NCBI GenBank assembly: GCA_963977445.1
Contig: CAXBPH010000236.1
Coordinates: 1-10,987 of the forward strand
Direction of reading: 5' to 3'
Length of the DNA stretch: 10,987 nucleotides
DNA from: an uncultured bacterium
GTDB lineage: Bacteria; Hydrogenedentota; Hydrogenedentia; Hydrogenedentales; JAEUWI01
Shown: positions 8,701 to 10,987 of the stretch, one piece after another
Position numbering within the stretch: the first letter of the stretch is position 1
Layout of the letters: each line of letters opens with the position of its first letter
Translations under genes and position numbers: made by a program
Notes under the pieces: model-generated
The model's database searches: none
The model's input: the letters and a program-made list of their open reading frames with translations, nothing else
Told to the model about the DNA's origin: nothing

Positions 8701-9458
8701 CGATCAAAGCAGGCCGGTACGGAACGCCCACCGGGAATCAGCAGGCGATCGCCCACAGCCACCAGGGCACCCTGAGGAGCAACGCCCGCGAAGGCAGGGG
8801 AGTTGTGGGGCTGGAGCTGATATTCCATGCCCGTGCCATCGTTGAACCACACCACGTCGCCCGTCTCGGCGTTGAGGGCATAAATGAAGGTGCCCATCAT
8901 GGGCCAGATGCTCGCGGCGAAATAAACCGTGCCATCCTTTACCACAGGCGCGCCGCGCGCGGGCCACACGGAGACGAATCGCTTGTTGCCGATGAGTTTA
9001 CGATCAGAAGGCCCCCCGCGGAATTTCCAGACTTCTTTACCCGTAGCAATGTCCACGCAGTAGAGATAGCCATCGTCGCTGCTGAAGTAGACTTTGCCCT
9101 CGGCCGCAGCGGCCGGAAAACGAATAGGTCCGTTCACGTAGAAGGTCCACTGCTGCAATCCCGTGTCCGTGTCCAGCGCGATGAGCTTGTCAGAATCATT
9201 GAAGGCCACAAGCATGAGCTTACCCACTACGATGGGCTCAAAGACCCGATCATAGTGCATCATGTCCTGATTCAGCGGATCATCCCACGCCAGGGTGCGC
9301 GGCGTATATTGCACCTCCCACTGGAGATTGAGTGATTCGGGGATGCCATCCGGGGAGGCGGCGCTACGGTTGGCATCGTGTCGCCACATGGGCCAGTCTG
9401 CTGCCGAAGCCCAGGCGCTTAGCAGGGTCGCAGTGAGGAGGATAATCGAACGGTGCAT
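5748..9458 (-). CDS. Large secreted multidomain protein (~1236 aa): PQQ/BamB-like beta-propeller, class I methyltransferase-like insert, second PQQ-like propeller, C-terminal malectin-like domain
   Basis: The likely start is the ATG at 9458, with an AAGAGG RBS and signal peptide MHRSIILLTATLLSAWASA followed by ADWPMWRHDANRS. Blades include ALDTDTGLQQW, CVDIATGKEVW and ALNAETGDVVW. The insert runs from GYAVYYNVGNGDL to VRPYGGII, and the second propeller starts at WTHQYGNIANT. The tail FTVRLLFAEP...GERVFDVALQG...PVLSGVEV is malectin-like. Confidence 0.9.
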   Translation of the reverse strand: MHRSIILLTATLLSAWASAADWPMWRHDANRSAASPDGIPESLNLQWEVQYTPRTLAWDDPLNQDMMHYDRVFEPIVVGKLMLVAFNDSDKLIALDTDTGLQQWTFYVNGPIRFPAAAAEGKVYFSSDDGYLYCVDIATGKEVWKFRGGPSDRKLIGNKRFVSVWPARGAPVVKDGTVYFAASIWPMMGTFIYALNAETGDVVWFNDGTGMEYQLQPHNSPAFAGVAPQGALVAVGDRLLIPGGRSVPACFDRTTGKLLYYRFAEQNKTGGAFVAALGDDYFNHHRERVTSFYQISDGDRVVSTLGNYPVLTEEAYYFSGDAITAYAPKDLREFKDSYGDHKLWSLDVDASHDLIRAGDFLYAANGEGITAIRLGDAPAIAWQKRVDGGVERLIAADDKLFAVTLSGAIMAFGATEAYPLQRMERPFPAEPAIEVVNQANQLLAKTGVKSGYAVYYNVGNGDLLEALAANSELHFVGLVSDKVQLETLRARFDRNGLYGERVSLLLGEVGSLEAPSYMASLTILGEGHAPLERDTLESLFTSVRPYGGIILPLGESDNGALTALLAAAQLPGLTLHDSDGQIMLAREGALPGAGTWTHQYGNIANTTKSDDSIVKLPLGVLWFGGSSNMDVLPRHGHGPPEQVIGGRMFIEGMTTVSARDVYTGEVLWIRELHDLNNHGIYFDDTYKDTPTDTRYNQVHIPGANIRGTNFVATEDLVYVIQDGSCHLLDVATGETTKIINLPPLDPNARRPKAPPWGYLGIYGDLLIGGYDFVAFSDLVGQKKAEYSAYTDYDIGASRELHIMDRHTGELLWKIESRYGFLHNGIAVGKDTLFCIDKLPAHIEGKLRRRGDAKPEDYRLMAINVKTGEIRWETQENVFGSFLAYSEEYDRLIQSTRPSRDMVSDEDGKRMMAYNGTKGTIDWDVERDYKSFPIIHNDRIITMGEFASLETGLPVMRKNPLTGEDDPWNWTRHYGCNYPIASENLLTFRSAAAAFYDLANEGGTGNLGGFKSSCTSNLVVADGVLNAPDYTRTCSCSYQNQTSLALVHMPEMEMWTFNNVELGEGSVKRVGINFGAPGDRVADNGTLWIDYPSVGGPSPEVDVTVTPEVTSTFRTHATRILSGELPWVAASGLEDCQEIAIRMSTTPMEGKTFTVRLLFAEPAKALDGERVFDVALQGQPVFPALDVAKEAQGPWRSVVKEFTGVAVADVLTITLSPVAGSLPPVLSGVEVINEDAV

Positions 9459-9524
9459 GGGGTACCTCTTGTTGTGGTGCACACGGAGTAAAGTTTTCGA
9501 AGGAAGTGAGTTTTCGGGGGCAGG

Positions 9525-9551
9525 GTCTACACCACGATGGGCGGTGTAGAC
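9525..9551. repeat. Perfect 9-bp-stem intergenic hairpin
   Basis: GTCTACACC (9525-9533), a 9-nt loop, then GGTGTAGAC (9543-9551). No adjacent U-tract. Confidence 0.55.
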
Positions 9552-9650
9552 GGCAAAGGCCCTGCGGCCAGGGAATCGCTGATAGCCTGCACGGTGCCGA
9601 AAGACCATGCCCTGCAATCAAGAGACTCGTCAGTTGCGTTGTTGATGTCC

Positions 9651-10592
9651 TTATCGGAGCCGACCTGCCGGGGCATCCAGAATAATGGAATTGGAAACAT
9701 TGTTGCCAAAGGTTTCGTAACGGTCAAATGTCCACACGACCTTCTTGGTCTTGGGCTCAATTTCGACCAACAAGGGCTGGCCTTCACCGGCGTGGCAATT
9801 GCCGATGACATAGTTGCCATTGGGAAGCACTTCCAGAGTCGTGACCCAGGAAAAGGTAATATCAGGGAGCTCATTCTGACTCAGATGCCAGACGGTTTCC
9901 TTGTCGGGAGTCACTTCCAATACGCCATGACCATTGCCCGTACTGAGGAGGGTGTTCCCACTGGGAAGACGCAACGCGCAAAAGGTCTTGTTACCCCACG
10001 AATCGGGCCCATGGCCATCTTTGCGTTCTTTCTCATATAGAGGCACTTCATATTCCCAGACCAACGCGCCCTCACCGTCGTACTCCCGGACAAATCCATC
10101 GCCCTCATGGCAGACGAGATAGTGCCCATTGTCGAGCTTGCGCACGAGCCGGGTATCCATATGGGGGTGGGGATTGTTGACCTTGAGTTTGATTTCTTTC
10201 AGGAGGGTGCCCTTGCGGTCAATCTCGATGATACGCCCAATGCCCGATTCGGCCAGCATGACGTTGCCATTCGCCAGGGGCTGAAAGGCATGCACTTCAA
10301 GCTTTTTTCCCGAGTTGCCGTTGCTCTCCTGGGCATCGTAAGACCAGACCACTTCTTTGGTCTTCGGGTCGATCTCGGCGACCTTCTGCATGCCCTGCTG
10401 GACCATAATATGACCATTTTCGAGGACATGGATGTCATGAATGCCACCCCAGGGCATTTCCCAGGAGATTTCACCACCGGGCTCCACCACCACAAGGCGA
10501 TTGTCGCTCTGCAGCAAGACCTGATGACTGGCCTGCGCGGATAATCCCGCAACGAGGCCTATAGCAACGAGAAAACCCGATAATATACGCAT
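9651..10592 (-). CDS. Secreted beta-propeller repeat protein (~313 aa; PQQ-like / arylsulfotransferase-like repeats)
   Basis: The likely start is the ATG at 10592, with AAAGGA upstream and signal peptide MRILSGFLVAIGLVAGLSAQA. There are five recurrences of an L-x-N/S-G-N/H motif (VLENGHIM, PLANGNVM, KLDNGHYL, RLPSGNTL, VLPNGNYV), most followed by an E-x-D...VVW/Y strand. Confidence 0.85.
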   Translation of the reverse strand: MRILSGFLVAIGLVAGLSAQASHQVLLQSDNRLVVVEPGGEISWEMPWGGIHDIHVLENGHIMVQQGMQKVAEIDPKTKEVVWSYDAQESNGNSGKKLEVHAFQPLANGNVMLAESGIGRIIEIDRKGTLLKEIKLKVNNPHPHMDTRLVRKLDNGHYLVCHEGDGFVREYDGEGALVWEYEVPLYEKERKDGHGPDSWGNKTFCALRLPSGNTLLSTGNGHGVLEVTPDKETVWHLSQNELPDITFSWVTTLEVLPNGNYVIGNCHAGEGQPLLVEIEPKTKKVVWTFDRYETFGNNVSNSIILDAPAGRLR

Positions 10593-10752
10593 GATTATGG
10601 CAATCCTTTGGGTAGGCAAGAAGTTACGCGGCCGCACGGAAAACCCGACGCCCTGCACCGCCGCGACAATATTCCCCAAGCGCCAACCGGGGAACCCTTG
10701 GATCCTACGCAAGAAAGACCGAAGATGTCCAGCGGGGCCCACCGTGCCCTGG

Positions 10753-10987
10753 CCAACAGGGGGGTGAGCATTCCTGGTCGACACACGGCCCACGCCGAAA
10801 TTCAAAACGGCACGCAATGTAGCGCTGGTGGCCCATAGTCCCGACGTATATTTCTTTGGTCTCTGAGTCACCGTGCCCTGCCCCTATGAGTCGTTAAGCA
10901 TTTTGTTCGACGCGATACGGAGGAATTCACCAACAGGAGGTCGACCATTCCTGGTCGACACACGGCCCACGCCGAAATTCAAACGGC
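10753..10987. repeat. Two direct copies of a ~59-bp repeat (10753-10811 and 10930->10987, period 177 bp) containing a REP-like palindrome
   Basis: The core CATTCCTGGTCGACACACGGCCCACGCCGAAATTCAAA(A)CGGC is identical except for one A. The 5' part CCAACAGG...GA has 4 mismatches. Copy 2 contains GGAG followed by the hairpin GTCGACCA-TTCC-TGGTCGAC and reaches the window edge. Confidence 0.85.

Noticed and set aside
6543..9335. Long plus-strand ORFs (402 aa and 486 aa)
   Set aside because: They are antisense shadows of the giant GC-rich gene and show no recognisable motifs.
5748..9458. Assigning bamB or a PQQ dehydrogenase gene symbol
   Set aside because: Size, domain content and genomic context do not match BamB, and PQQ-binding catalytic residues cannot be verified by eye.
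9459..9617. 53-codon N-terminal extension of the giant ORF
   Set aside because: The RBS and signal peptide point to the ATG at 9458, and the extension crosses intergenic hairpins.
10593..10871. 93-codon N-terminal extension of the small propeller ORF
   Set aside because: The signal peptide begins at the ATG at 10592, and the extension runs through the repeat region.
10753..10987. CRISPR array interpretation of the direct repeats
   Set aside because: Only two copies are visible, the unit is about 59 bp with about 118 bp between copies (outside normal CRISPR dimensions), and there are no cas genes in the window.

Overview
GC-rich bacterial window in which every credible gene is on the minus strand. 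The gene content resembles Planctomycetota/Hydrogenedentota-type genomes, but that is an impression and not an assignment. In transcription order the genes are: a secreted ~313-aa beta-propeller protein; a ~1236-aa secreted multidomain protein (PQQ/BamB-like propeller, methyltransferase-like insert, second propeller, malectin-like tail); a membrane-anchored hypothetical protein; an FtsX/MacB-type ABC permease that appears to lack its first TM helix and has no ATPase beside it; a Tat-exported Gfo/Idh/MocA oxidoreductase; an orphan sulfatase C-terminal fragment; and another secreted PQQ-like propeller that runs off the left edge and is missing from the ORF track. The three central proteins each carry an extracytoplasmic CxC motif (CSC, CTC, CHC), which suggests an uncharacterised thiol/metal-handling module. 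Most intergenic gaps hold a different palindromic REP/MITE-like element. One of these is a 9-bp-periodic GTGGAC hairpin whose mismatches are all G-U compatible on the transcribed strand. No rRNA, tRNA, transposase or CRISPR array was seen.
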